Assembly (NCBI GenBank): GCA_965228855.1
Contig: CBDDIJ010000005.1
Location: 928,001-992,000 of the forward strand
DNA: 64,000 nucleotides
Direction of reading: 5' to 3'
Origin: Candidatus Obscuribacterales bacterium
Lineage (GTDB): Bacteria > Cyanobacteriota > Vampirovibrionia > Obscuribacterales > Obscuribacteraceae
A program made the translations under genes and the position numbers. Below, piece after piece: positions 20,843-30,244 of the stretch (position 1 is the first letter of the stretch; the number at the start of each line of letters is the position of its first letter). Below the pieces are notes generated by a model that worked only from the letters and a program-made list of their open reading frames with translations, was not told the origin of the DNA and made no database searches.

Positions 20843-21073
20843 GAATGAAACCGGGGTTGAGGTCCGGTTTTGATATTGGAGCGTGCACCCATGTTATTCA
20901 GTAATTGTGGCTAAAATGTGCCCGTTTTAGCAGGTGCGGCTCAATACCCATCCAGGTGATCTTTGGGTGAACATTTACCGTTGCTCAGATGTTTTTAACC
21001 AGAGCGAATTTATGGCATAGATCGCGCCTTTTTACGCTAATAATCTTTCTCGGCAGAGATATCGAACGCGTCA

Positions 21074-21586
21074 ATGAGTAAACGCGATCGCTCCTACAAT
21101 AAAGGCACCCACATGATCAATCAGGACCGCATCACGGACGATGTGCTAGATAACGTGCCAGTTATTTGTGTTTTGAAGGACGCTTATGGCGCGTTTGTCT
21201 ATTGGAACGAGGCGCTCAACCGTGCTTTCGAACTTCCCGCTGATGGTATGCGAGGGAAAACCGAATATCACTTCATGCCGGACGATGACGCGGCTGCAAT
21301 TCGCAACAACGACCGCAGGGTTCTGGCGACTGGTGAGGCTCTTAGCGCAATTGAATTCACACAATTCGCGGACGGCACTAGAGCCGCCTGGTTGGTAAAG
21401 AAGTTCCGAGTCGTTGTGAATGAGCAGAAATTTTTAGGCGTTATTGGTTGCCGCGTAGCAAACTATCCCGCCGACGCAAATACTTCTGAGAATATTCTGG
21501 CTCCGCATCTAGAACTTTGCACCAGCCGCCTGGCAGAGGTCGCTAAATCCATACGCCCACGTGACTATCTGCCGCCCGAATTATAG
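21074..21586 (+). CDS. stand-alone PAS domain protein
   Basis: LDNVP...KDAYGAFVYWNEA...GKTEYHFMP...IRNNDRRVLATG PAS_4 pattern. Confidence 0.8.
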   Translation: MSKRDRSYNKGTHMINQDRITDDVLDNVPVICVLKDAYGAFVYWNEALNRAFELPADGMRGKTEYHFMPDDDAAAIRNNDRRVLATGEALSAIEFTQFADGTRAAWLVKKFRVVVNEQKFLGVIGCRVANYPADANTSENILAPHLELCTSRLAEVAKSIRPRDYLPPEL

Positions 21587-22054
21587 TTACAACCCAAGCT
21601 CGCTCAAACCTGCATGGTCAGCGGGACGCGTTGGTGTGGTCCAGCGATATTTGCGCTCGTCTTCGCGAATCGGCAGATCATTGATCGACGCGTACCGGTG
21701 TGTCATAAAACCGTCCGCATCGAACTCCCAATTCTCATTTCCGTAAGAGCGAAACCAGTTTCCTGAGTCGTCTCGCCACTCGTATGCAAACCGCACAGCA
21801 ATTCGGTTTCCATCGAATGCCCAGAGTTCCTTTATTAAACGGTAGTCTATTTCTTTACTCCACTTCCGGCTCAAAAATTCAACGATTGCCTCGCGACCGG
21901 AAAATATCTCAGCACGGTTACGCCAGGCGCTATCAATGGAATATGCTTGAGCAACGAGTTCTGGATTTCTTGAGTTCCAAGCGTCTTCGGCCGCTCGAAC
22001 TTTAGCAATTGCGGTCTCTCTCGTGAACGGAGGAACTGGCGGTCGCGGTGCCAT
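21587..22054 (-). CDS. DUF1348 / NTF2-like (SnoaL) protein
   Basis: [47 protein letters not shown] family motifs. Confidence 0.92.
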   Translation of the reverse strand: MAPRPPVPPFTRETAIAKVRAAEDAWNSRNPELVAQAYSIDSAWRNRAEIFSGREAIVEFLSRKWSKEIDYRLIKELWAFDGNRIAVRFAYEWRDDSGNWFRSYGNENWEFDADGFMTHRYASINDLPIREDERKYRWTTPTRPADHAGLSELGL

Positions 22055-22167
22055 TTAAACTTCCTTCTAGCTGGCGTCGATCGTCGCACAGGATAACACA
22101 AATGCGTGCCGGAGCATGAATTTGCCTAGGCAACTTAAGTCAGACACTCTTGGACGAACGCTTGTTG

Positions 22168-24030
22168 CTACTTCTTGAAGCTGCCTCCCTCATCAAGTGA
22201 AAATGCATGAGAGAAGACGTTGGGATCGAAGTACTCTCGAAACAGCTTTATTTTTCCATCCACTACGCGGAATAGCCCACCATAGCGCTGATCATAGATA
22301 CGTCCAGTGGTTTTGATCTCGCAGACTCCATGATATTCAACAAACACTACCTGCGGGTCCAGGGTTGGGTAGAACACCAATTCTTTGGTAAAACTGGCTT
22401 CACCACTGTTTTCCGGCCAAGCGGAATAATGCGCTACCAAGTTAGCTTTGCCTTCTATTCGCTTTGGAAAATTCTGAGGAGAGTATGGCATTTCCTGAAC
22501 TGCATCATCAGCCCAGACCGATGCAAACTTCTCCATGTCCTTCTCTTCCAAGCTCTTCAAAAACTCTCGCACCACCTGCATGGTTTGCACTCGCTGCAGG
22601 TAGGAGACTGGCTTTATAGAAGCAGCGCTAATAGCACGCGATAGGACGTCTCTAGAACCAGCCTCACCGGTCAGGTGAAAGGTCATGCCGCGCACGACCC
22701 ACTTTTCTGAATCGACTTTATCGATAACGTAATCATATGTCCCTTTGACTTGCCACTGCTCGCCACCAATATGATGATCTGCGATTACATCAGCGGTAGC
22801 AGTAGAGTGTGTAGCATCGAGCAACTTTACGGATATATTGCTGAGTTGATGGCGCGTCACATCGAAACCAGGTAAAAGGGCAGCCCATGCTGACATTAGC
22901 GCCTGTTTCTGTTTGAGCTCAGGTTCTCCACCGAAAGCCGAAGTGTAATCGACATCCACTTCATTAGCAAAACAAGATTCCAGAGACTCAAAATTCCTGT
23001 TATCGGCTAGATTAGCCACACTCTCAATCAAATTCTCAATCAGCGCAACATTTATGGCATTTGATGATTCGGAAGTTAGATTCATAGCATCCTCACACGA
23101 CTTCTCGCTCCGTCTAAAAAAATCTGTCGCCACCACACTAACCAAATTCACAATTCGGGGACGATCGTAAAAATCGAATTGAGATACCTTCTCTAGCCAA
23201 ACCTCCTCCTTCAGTCCTCTCAATCGAGAATAAAATAACCGTGCTCCGTCTGGAATAGCAGCATCAGAAGAATGAATAATGAGCACGGGTACGCGAATAT
23301 CAGGCGCTACAGATTGCGCATCAAATTTTAACCACGGTCTCCAGGAGCAGGTGTTGAATTTGTTGTCCCACTCTGGAATCATCCCGCGTGCGGGTTCAGT
23401 ATAATACGGTACGTCAAACATAACAGCCGAGTGGTCGGTCGCACTTGCAGCCAAAACTATTTTTGACACATCACTCTGAAGTTCGAGTTCACGAACCGCT
23501 TGCTTGCCACCATATGCTTCCTCAACAATCTGACTATCGTGCAACCATGGCGCTATAAGAGAAATGGCTGATATGTGATTACTTTCCGCCGCAGCCCGAG
23601 CCATATAGCCAGCACTAGCGCAAATTCCAACTCCGTTGATTCGGTCTGGATCTATCTCCGGTCTAGTAGATAGAAATTCCGCTGCTGCTTTTATATCCGA
23701 AATCTTTTCAGACGGATCTTCGATAAAGTTTCTCGTCTCATCGATTCTTTTACTTCGTCCCCACCCCCGAAAATCAAATGTAAGCGCGGCAAATCCCTTA
23801 CCAGCCATAGCAAGTGCATAAGTTCCAGGCATCTGCTCCTGCACCGTCATCCAGGCTCCGGTAACTATCACTCCGCGCAGTTTGTTGACATTTCCTTTTG
23901 GCAAATACAACCGGCCTACAATTTTCTCAGCACCATTTTCAAAAGAAACATCATGTACTGATACCGCGGCATGAGATGTTTGAGCAGTCAATGCCACTGT
24001 AAGGGCTGAGGCAGCTAGCTTCCGAACCAT
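22168..24030 (-). CDS. secreted alpha/beta hydrolase fused to two SnoaL/NTF2-like domains
   Basis: FDFRGWGRS, GICASAG nucleophile elbow; then VDYTSAFGG...TRHQLSN (SnoaL_4-like) and GKIKLFREYFDP (SnoaL_2/PhzA-B-like). Confidence 0.85.
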   Translation of the reverse strand: MVRKLAASALTVALTAQTSHAAVSVHDVSFENGAEKIVGRLYLPKGNVNKLRGVIVTGAWMTVQEQMPGTYALAMAGKGFAALTFDFRGWGRSKRIDETRNFIEDPSEKISDIKAAAEFLSTRPEIDPDRINGVGICASAGYMARAAAESNHISAISLIAPWLHDSQIVEEAYGGKQAVRELELQSDVSKIVLAASATDHSAVMFDVPYYTEPARGMIPEWDNKFNTCSWRPWLKFDAQSVAPDIRVPVLIIHSSDAAIPDGARLFYSRLRGLKEEVWLEKVSQFDFYDRPRIVNLVSVVATDFFRRSEKSCEDAMNLTSESSNAINVALIENLIESVANLADNRNFESLESCFANEVDVDYTSAFGGEPELKQKQALMSAWAALLPGFDVTRHQLSNISVKLLDATHSTATADVIADHHIGGEQWQVKGTYDYVIDKVDSEKWVVRGMTFHLTGEAGSRDVLSRAISAASIKPVSYLQRVQTMQVVREFLKSLEEKDMEKFASVWADDAVQEMPYSPQNFPKRIEGKANLVAHYSAWPENSGEASFTKELVFYPTLDPQVVFVEYHGVCEIKTTGRIYDQRYGGLFRVVDGKIKLFREYFDPNVFSHAFSLDEGGSFKK

Positions 24031-24105
24031 AGAACCTCTCAGAAAAATGGAGTCTTGGATTTGAAATTGTCTGGCCGGATCAATATTTTTTCTTGAACAA
24101 TCTTG

Positions 24106-24984
24106 CTACTGTAAAACATTTGTTCTAAAAACGCTTGGAGTCACGCCTGTTAAGTGCTTAAAGGTTCTGGAGAAATGCGCTTGATCTGCAAAACCACAGG
24201 CGAGAGCGACCTCAACGAGCGTGCAAGTCGAATCGCGGAGAAGTCTTTTACTATGCTCGATTCTGCGCGCAAGCAGTGCTTGATGCGGTGTCTGGCCGGT
24301 AGTCGACTTAAACAGGCGAGCGAAGTGAAACAAACTCACACCTGCTTGCTTGGCTAAATCATCTATGAAAACCTCATTGCCAAAATTCTCTCGCATGTAA
24401 TCCATCACGGTATTTAATTGTCGTGCTGACAAAACACGTATATGGCGACTGTCGTCTTGCGGAATAGCATATGACCTCAAAAGCTCCACGAGAAATGCTT
24501 GAGTGATTGCTCTATACGAAGTAACTGAGCAGCTTGCCGAGCTCAGTTCACCTAGTGCAAGAACACCTAAGCCTATCAATTCGGAATTGCGCACTTTTAC
24601 ACCGTCAAGCAGCTGCTTCTCAGTCAATTCAACTCCGAATTGCGCAGACGCGAATCTGGCTAAACCTTCAGGACGCAACGTGACTATTATGCACTTGGAG
24701 CGGTCGTACCAGTACCAGCTGGAGCGCACACCTCTGGGAGTTATGACGATATCGTCCTTGATGAACGTGAAGTCGTGCAAATCCCCGGCTCTTCTATTCT
24801 GAACTCTATGGGGCTTATCGCAGAGATTCAATACAACGTGATGCTGCTCAAAAACTTCACTCCGCATTCCAGCCGGATCTGCCTCAAAGTACTCAAGAGT
24901 CAAGATATCGTCTGTAAATGGCGAAACGACATCACTCGACCTGAGCAATGCAGGCGTGGGATAAACGTCTTGATACAGTGCCAT
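24106..24984 (-). CDS. AraC-family transcriptional regulator
   Basis: LAKQAGVSLFHFARLFK and VALACGFADQAHFSRTFKHLTGVTPS HTH pair. Confidence 0.95.
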   Translation of the reverse strand: MALYQDVYPTPALLRSSDVVSPFTDDILTLEYFEADPAGMRSEVFEQHHVVLNLCDKPHRVQNRRAGDLHDFTFIKDDIVITPRGVRSSWYWYDRSKCIIVTLRPEGLARFASAQFGVELTEKQLLDGVKVRNSELIGLGVLALGELSSASCSVTSYRAITQAFLVELLRSYAIPQDDSRHIRVLSARQLNTVMDYMRENFGNEVFIDDLAKQAGVSLFHFARLFKSTTGQTPHQALLARRIEHSKRLLRDSTCTLVEVALACGFADQAHFSRTFKHLTGVTPSVFRTNVLQ

Positions 24985-25059
24985 GGAGACATTCTAATCA
25001 GCCTATGTCATTTTGGCAAACAAACATTGTAGCGAAGATTTACAGGACAGGTAACAGCG

Positions 25060-25320
25060 CTAATGACCGGAGGTACCGCCGAGCGATGAGCCACCGCCCA
25101 GGGAATGATGCGCTCCAGCACCGCCCGTTAACACCGGGACGAGTTCGCCGTCCGAGTAGTTAGACTTGGTTTGGGTGACGGTCGGTGATTTTGTTTCAAC
25201 GGAAAGCGATGATTTGTTCGCCGCTGAATTAAAATAGGCAAGAACGGCCAGCGAGACAATTAAAAGACCGGCGAGCAAAAACTTCAGGGACACTCCCGAG
25301 AGTCCAAGTTTCCTAGTCAT
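25060..25320 (-). CDS. small single-TM protein with Gly/Ser/His-rich tail
   Basis: GGAGG RBS, TM segment, low-complexity C-terminus. Confidence 0.65.
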   Translation of the reverse strand: MTRKLGLSGVSLKFLLAGLLIVSLAVLAYFNSAANKSSLSVETKSPTVTQTKSNYSDGELVPVLTGGAGAHHSLGGGSSLGGTSGH

Positions 25321-25564
25321 GTTACCTCCAGGCTTAGCGCGGCGGCAAAGACACGAAATTCAGCTACCGAATACGGTGGCGGTCGCTCCTCGTTGTTCGT
25401 CCGTTCCTTCTCCTCCCAAGAGTAACATGTTTGTTGCCAGCAGGCACATTAAGCACGAAGTTATTTGATTTTATCCGGCGAAACGCCCGTCGTTTCCTTG
25501 CCATCCAAACAGAATCGCGCGTTCGATGTATTAATGATTTCACCTTCCGATCGCAGCAATCAAG

Positions 25565-26359
25565 CTATCTCAATTGCTGATACATGATGATATCGTTGTC
25601 AATCAAACCGCGCCCCGGGACGAATTTCAACGAATGGCGTTGTTCGCCGTCGATATTGACGATATAGGTTTGGGTTTCTTCGTCAAAAATTTCCCAATCG
25701 CCGGAAGCACCGGATGTGGTGACAACCTTTCCGTCTGAAGTGAATTTGCAGTCGCCGAGTGGTTTCGTATAACCTGCCAATTGTTTGTAAACGCCGACAA
25801 TCGGCGTTGTCGGAGCGCTTGACGGCAGAAATGAAACAGCGCCAGTCACCTCGATTTCATAATTTCCACCGACGCGCACTAGTGCGTTTGTAGGTGGCGC
25901 CACGGTGACGATCATCTTCGTCGGCTTTTTGAGCGTTCCATCGAATGTCGCGTCAATAGGCGTTCCTTGCGATGTGACGACCTTACTCGTGTGCCACGTG
26001 TTGCCCGGGTCTGACATAGTGAACGTAACAGACGTGCGTGGAGCGGTTCCATAAATTCCCATCGCTGAAAACGTGACGTGCACTTTATTCGCCCCGGGCC
26101 GCGCCATGAAAGTCCAGTATTGCGGTCCAACCAGAGCGTCGACCAGTCCACGATTGATTCCCGGTTTTAATGGCGTTGGCGCATCCGGTTTTAAAGATTG
26201 CGCATCAGCGCTGTGACATCCAAGCAAAGGTGCAACCATTGATAGAAGAACCAGAATTTTGCGACGAGCCGTTCGTTTCAGCAAACTGACCGGCCAGAAA
26301 CTTGCACCAGTGACGATCAGTTTCTTCGTATCCATTTTAATTACCTTTTCCCTTTTCAA
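25565..26359 (-). CDS. secreted beta-rich hypothetical protein
   Basis: Signal-like segment ending ADA|QS; Thr/Val-rich. Confidence 0.75.
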   Translation of the reverse strand: MKREKVIKMDTKKLIVTGASFWPVSLLKRTARRKILVLLSMVAPLLGCHSADAQSLKPDAPTPLKPGINRGLVDALVGPQYWTFMARPGANKVHVTFSAMGIYGTAPRTSVTFTMSDPGNTWHTSKVVTSQGTPIDATFDGTLKKPTKMIVTVAPPTNALVRVGGNYEIEVTGAVSFLPSSAPTTPIVGVYKQLAGYTKPLGDCKFTSDGKVVTTSGASGDWEIFDEETQTYIVNIDGEQRHSLKFVPGRGLIDNDIIMYQQLR

Positions 26360-26430
26360 GTTCTAATTTCGAACTTTCCGATTACTGGGACCAGCGCTCA
26401 ACGCCGACATTCATAACAATAGAGGTCGTC

Positions 26431-26470
26431 TGTCCCAGTCTTGTCTTTGAAATGTCCCCAAAGTGTCTCC
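26431..26470 (-). promoter_or_regulatory. four 11-bp-phased TGTC (minus-strand GACA) direct repeats, winged-helix regulator-type site
   Basis: TGTC at 26431, 26442, 26453 and 26464, just upstream of a minus-strand TATTGT -10 for the 25565-26359 gene. Confidence 0.55.
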
Positions 26471-26548
26471 AACGTCAAAAAGCTGTCAACGGTTGCCGAT
26501 CCCGCTAATTAAGCACCAACCGGCCGCCTTTCACACGGCAAGAAAATT

Positions 26549-26580
26549 GGTTCAAAATTGTCATAATTGACGGCTAAAGT
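26549..26580 (+). promoter_or_regulatory. conserved box + -10 promoter (copy B), upstream of the sRNA candidate
   Basis: GGTTCAAAATTGTCATAA-ttgacggc-TAAAGT. Confidence 0.75.
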
Positions 26581-26585
26581 GTTTT

Positions 26586-26736
26586 TGTTGCGCAAGGGAA
26601 CGCAACACCGGTAAGCAAATAGTGATGGGAACGCCAAGCCACTTGTACCAAGGGGAGCGCGGTACAGGTGGCTTAGCTCATCGTTTCAGATTTCATCCAA
26701 CCCAAGTACTAAACGGTCCTCGCAAGAGGACCTTTT
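26586..26736 (+). ncRNA. candidate ~150-nt structured small RNA
   Basis: Hairpin tgttgcg/cgcaaca (loop caagggaa); long stem 26624-26682 including aagccacttgtacc/ggtacaggtggctt (loop aaggggagcgc); ends in a terminator; promoter directly upstream. Confidence 0.65.
26715..26736 (+). terminator. intrinsic terminator
   Basis: ggtcctc-GCAA-gaggacc-tttt. Confidence 0.8.
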
Positions 26737-26740
26737 AGTT

Positions 26741-26772
26741 AGTTCAAAAATGTCATAAGTAGTCGCTACATT
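26741..26772 (+). promoter_or_regulatory. conserved box + -10 promoter (copy C)
   Basis: AGTTCAAAAATGTCATAA-gtagtcgc-TACATT. Confidence 0.75.
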
Positions 26773-26805
26773 GGACTCATTCGTTCCTATTAAGGTTATT
26801 GCTCC

Positions 26806-27570
26806 ATGTTTGAATCTCACGATAGTGCAAATTCACAAACCTCCGGCACCGCAGAAGATACCAGCTTATACTTGTCCGACTTCGTAATGAATACAATAAA
26901 GGAATCCGGTTCCTCGTTTAACCCTGATTTACGGACCAGCAACACACAAGAAACAGCTAATAGTAACGACTCACAATTTCTAGAGTTCGGTCCAATCCCT
27001 GGAGTCGTAGCACTTAAGCCGGGCGAAATACCGCCGTCGCCCATCGTGCGCGATCAACTGGAAGCAGAGCTTCGTCTCAACGCCATCACTCCGCCCGGCG
27101 ACGGCGAATTCGACGCGCTATCCAGAGATTTAAATCACGCCTTTGTATCAGGCGATTTGAGTGAATTTCAACGAGTTCTGCAATCTACTAATGACCTCGA
27201 TATGAGAAACAGTCTGGTAGATAAACTAGATGAGCGGCTGGACGCTCTGGAGCAGGGATTGCCGAACGAGACGCAAATGTACGCAAACGGCAACTCGATG
27301 GAGTTTTTCCCCGAGGACGAGCAGCGCGTCTACGGATTCACGATGGATCTCAACACGAATGAAACAAACGCGATACTCGCCGACGTCACAAAAGTCAACG
27401 TCAACGGCAATTGGTATCCGGCAATGGTGCCGGTTTTGGACGAAAACAAGCAGCCTGTCCAGGTAGATACTGATACAGCAAAACTATTTCAAACACTGAC
27501 CCAGAATGAAGTGCGCTCAATCGCCTCAAGCAACGAACCTCTAGGAACAATTGAGCCGGTTGAACGCTAA
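26806..27570 (+). CDS. hypothetical protein, paralog 1 of a tandem MFE(S/T) family
   Basis: Shares LNHAFVSGDL..F..VL, LD.RL..LE and LF..L...EV.SIA.SN.P with the next two ORFs. Confidence 0.85.
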   Translation: MFESHDSANSQTSGTAEDTSLYLSDFVMNTIKESGSSFNPDLRTSNTQETANSNDSQFLEFGPIPGVVALKPGEIPPSPIVRDQLEAELRLNAITPPGDGEFDALSRDLNHAFVSGDLSEFQRVLQSTNDLDMRNSLVDKLDERLDALEQGLPNETQMYANGNSMEFFPEDEQRVYGFTMDLNTNETNAILADVTKVNVNGNWYPAMVPVLDENKQPVQVDTDTAKLFQTLTQNEVRSIASSNEPLGTIEPVER

Positions 27571-27573
27571 TCT

Positions 27574-27605
27574 GGTTCAAAATTGTCATAACCATTCGAT
27601 AAATT
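27574..27605 (+). promoter_or_regulatory. conserved box + -10 promoter (copy D)
   Basis: GGTTCAAAATTGTCATAA-ccattcga-TAAATT. Confidence 0.75.
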
Positions 27606-27753
27606 AGAAGCATCGAAAAACGAGTGGCTCTCGAACGCAAGAATGCAACGAATCCATCGGCTTGATGGTCTGAACTCTCGGTTTTAAATCAGTTCTATCA
27701 CGGTCTCGAAGACGCAATCAACTTCAATCGTTTCTATTAAAGGAATAATTACT

Positions 27754-28647
27754 ATGTTTGAATCAAGCGATGCCGCAAACGGTTCGGCCAATAGCACCAC
27801 TGATAATACCAGTGCAGCGCTCTCTAGTTTCGCATTCGATTCAATGAAGGAAATGCGACCGTATCCGAAGCCGGATTTCAAGGCGATGAGCGAGCAGTCG
27901 AATCCAGTCGTCGAGTTCGGTCCAAAGGCCGTAGGTACGGTGGGAGCAGTCGGAGACAAAGGTCATGGCTGCGCATTACCCTCATTCACCGAACTTGAAC
28001 TTCCCAGCGATGCCGACCTCAACTCACCTGCAGATGCTGGCAGCGGGAAGACAGGCGATAAATCTAAGTGCGCAACACCTGAGGTCAAGGAGCCAGGTGT
28101 GAGCCACGATAATCCGAATCCGAGAAGCAGCGATGAATTAACCCAGGAAGCTCTAGACCGGATGGAAACCGAGATACGCCTCTACAATCTAACCCCCAAA
28201 GACGATTCGCCTTATGCGGAGCTGTCTAGAGAACTCAACCACGCATTCGTCTCCGGCGACCTGAAAGATTTTACAGATGTTTTGAAGAAAACCGACGACG
28301 TCCAACTTCGAGAAAAGTTAGTCAATGACCTGGATTCACGCCTTCAAAAGCTAGAGATGGATCTGCCCGGCGAAACGGAGATGAACTCATTTCTGGGAGA
28401 GTTCAATCTCTACGGCGAGGCACCGGGCAAATCGGCGGCGCTGGTTATCGACATGAGCACAACAGATGCAAAAACTGTAGACGCCAATGTTGACCGCTGG
28501 AAGCTTAACGACAATCTCTCGATTTCAACGATGAAGCCAATTGCTGACCTGGACATGAATCCGGAAGACCTGTTCCGCTCTTTGACCCGGGGTGAGGTCC
28601 ATTCGATCGCTAGAAGCAACGCGCCGATTGCCAGCCCGCTTTCCTGA
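27754..28647 (+). CDS. hypothetical protein, paralog 2 of the MFE(S/T) family
   Basis: LNHAFVSGDLKDFTDVL, LDSRLQKLE, LFRSLTRGEVHSIARSN; AAGGA RBS. Confidence 0.85.
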   Translation: MFESSDAANGSANSTTDNTSAALSSFAFDSMKEMRPYPKPDFKAMSEQSNPVVEFGPKAVGTVGAVGDKGHGCALPSFTELELPSDADLNSPADAGSGKTGDKSKCATPEVKEPGVSHDNPNPRSSDELTQEALDRMETEIRLYNLTPKDDSPYAELSRELNHAFVSGDLKDFTDVLKKTDDVQLREKLVNDLDSRLQKLEMDLPGETEMNSFLGEFNLYGEAPGKSAALVIDMSTTDAKTVDANVDRWKLNDNLSISTMKPIADLDMNPEDLFRSLTRGEVHSIARSNAPIASPLS

Positions 28648-28694
28648 AGTCACGAAACGTCGCATCACCACATTACATCACAAGGACCCAACTC

Positions 28695-29381
28695 ATGTTT
28701 GAAACACACGATGCTGTCGGCAATCAGCCTGTTAACACCACTGATAGTACCAGCTCGATTTTATCCGGCTGCGCATTCGATTCGATGAAACAACTGGCTG
28801 GCTGCGCGCGACCATCCTTTGAAAACAAAGGCCCCTCCGAAAATCCAATCTCGGAAATTGGACCAAAGGTCGCTAAAGGGGTGGCGGAGACAATCGAAGC
28901 TGGACCGACAGACTCATCGAGTTTTGACGATCAGATCAAAATGTTGAATTCGTTTATCAAGGCAAACAGCCCGGAGGACCGCAAGCTAGCAGAAAACTTG
29001 AACAGTGCGTTCATTTCCGGTAACATCAACTCGTTTGCCGATGTTTTGCAATCAGCGTCCGGCGACCCGATGGAGCTAAGAAAAGCTGTCATGGCGCTAG
29101 ATGCTCGGCTAAACCTTCTCGAAGGTTCAAAGCCGGACAACGCACTAGACATGAAAATGTTGAATGGATTTGTATTCGTGTGGCCCGAGCGCGGCGGTCT
29201 ATCGAAGGCTCTTCAAATTGATACCAGGGATGGCGAGGTAAAAGCGTTTCCTTCAGTGGTGACTCGAGAGGGGACACCCCACATAAACGTCGAGCAAGAG
29301 CTCAACCTTGATTCGGCTTCGTTGTTTAGCTCTATGGTGCGAGACGAACTTGGAACACTGCGATATCCAACTCGCCGATAG
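28695..29381 (+). CDS. hypothetical protein, paralog 3 of the MFE(S/T) family
   Basis: LNSAFISGNINSFADVL, LDARLNLLE, LFSSMVRDEL; AAGGA RBS. Confidence 0.85.
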   Translation: MFETHDAVGNQPVNTTDSTSSILSGCAFDSMKQLAGCARPSFENKGPSENPISEIGPKVAKGVAETIEAGPTDSSSFDDQIKMLNSFIKANSPEDRKLAENLNSAFISGNINSFADVLQSASGDPMELRKAVMALDARLNLLEGSKPDNALDMKMLNGFVFVWPERGGLSKALQIDTRDGEVKAFPSVVTREGTPHINVEQELNLDSASLFSSMVRDELGTLRYPTRR

Positions 29382-29388
29382 ATACAAT

Positions 29389-30066
29389 CTACTGTGTCAG
29401 TTCAAACTTGTAACCGACACCATGGACGGTGCGGATTGCTGAATCTTCGTTCTCTTTATAGATCTTATTTCTGAGGCGCCTCATGCACGTTCTCAACGTG
29501 TCTGGTGAACGCTCCGAAGTTGCCGGCCAAACTCGGTCGAGTATAGCGTCATTGCTGAAAACCACGTTCTGGTTTTTCAAAAAGAATTCCATTAGGGCGA
29601 ATTCAATCGGAGACAATTTGATTTTCTCGCCACCTCGGTAGAATTCATGGGTCTTTGGATGAAGCTCCATGTCGCCGGCGCGGAGAACGTTCTCGACTAT
29701 CGCTTTGGGACGTTTCAACAACGCGCGAATGCGAGCAGATAGTTCTTTCATCGCGAATGGTTTGGGCAAGTAATCATCGGCGCCGACATCAAAACCGGCG
29801 AGCTTATCTTCGATAGCCGCTCGCGATGTTAGAAAGAGAATTGGCGTCTGACCGCCCCTGCTACGAAATTGGGTGCAGACTTCAATGCCTGTCATCTCCG
29901 GCATTTCCCAATCAAGAATCACGGCGTCATACTCAAACGCTTTCAAATGCTCCAGTGCATCAGCGCCGTTGTTCTTCCAATCAACGAAATAGTTTTCGTT
30001 CTCGAGCCAATCTACGATTGTCTCACCCAGTCCATGATCATCTTCGGCTAACAGAATCTTTGCCAT
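29389..30066 (-). CDS. OmpR/PhoB-family response regulator, close paralog of 11567-12238
   Basis: KILLAEDD, LDWEMP, IKLSPIEF.LME.FLKN, LDRVWP, IRTVHGVGYKF shared with the paralog. Confidence 0.95.
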   Translation of the reverse strand: MAKILLAEDDHGLGETIVDWLENENYFVDWKNNGADALEHLKAFEYDAVILDWEMPEMTGIEVCTQFRSRGGQTPILFLTSRAAIEDKLAGFDVGADDYLPKPFAMKELSARIRALLKRPKAIVENVLRAGDMELHPKTHEFYRGGEKIKLSPIEFALMEFFLKNQNVVFSNDAILDRVWPATSERSPDTLRTCMRRLRNKIYKENEDSAIRTVHGVGYKFELTQ

Positions 30067-30204
30067 ATGCTCAGCGAGTCGATATCGTTATTTGTAGGGA
30101 TTCCCAGGTTGCCTGATCCGGTGGATTCACACTAACGATTTGAAGATGGTCAAGACCGGATAAACTCGATGCAAAAATGATATCAGAAATCCGCCAGATA
30201 CAGT

Positions 30205-30237
30205 GAGAGCGTTTGTGCCGTAACATCAAACGCTCTC
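30205..30237 (-). terminator. hairpin after the ftsH stop
   Basis: gagagcgtttg...caaacgctctc inverted repeat. Confidence 0.6.
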
Positions 30238-30244
30238 TGAGATT

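Noticed and set aside
27606..27753. Riboswitch or ribozyme in the leader of paralog 2
   Set aside because: Only short hairpins; no hammerhead core or riboswitch consensus that I can recognise.
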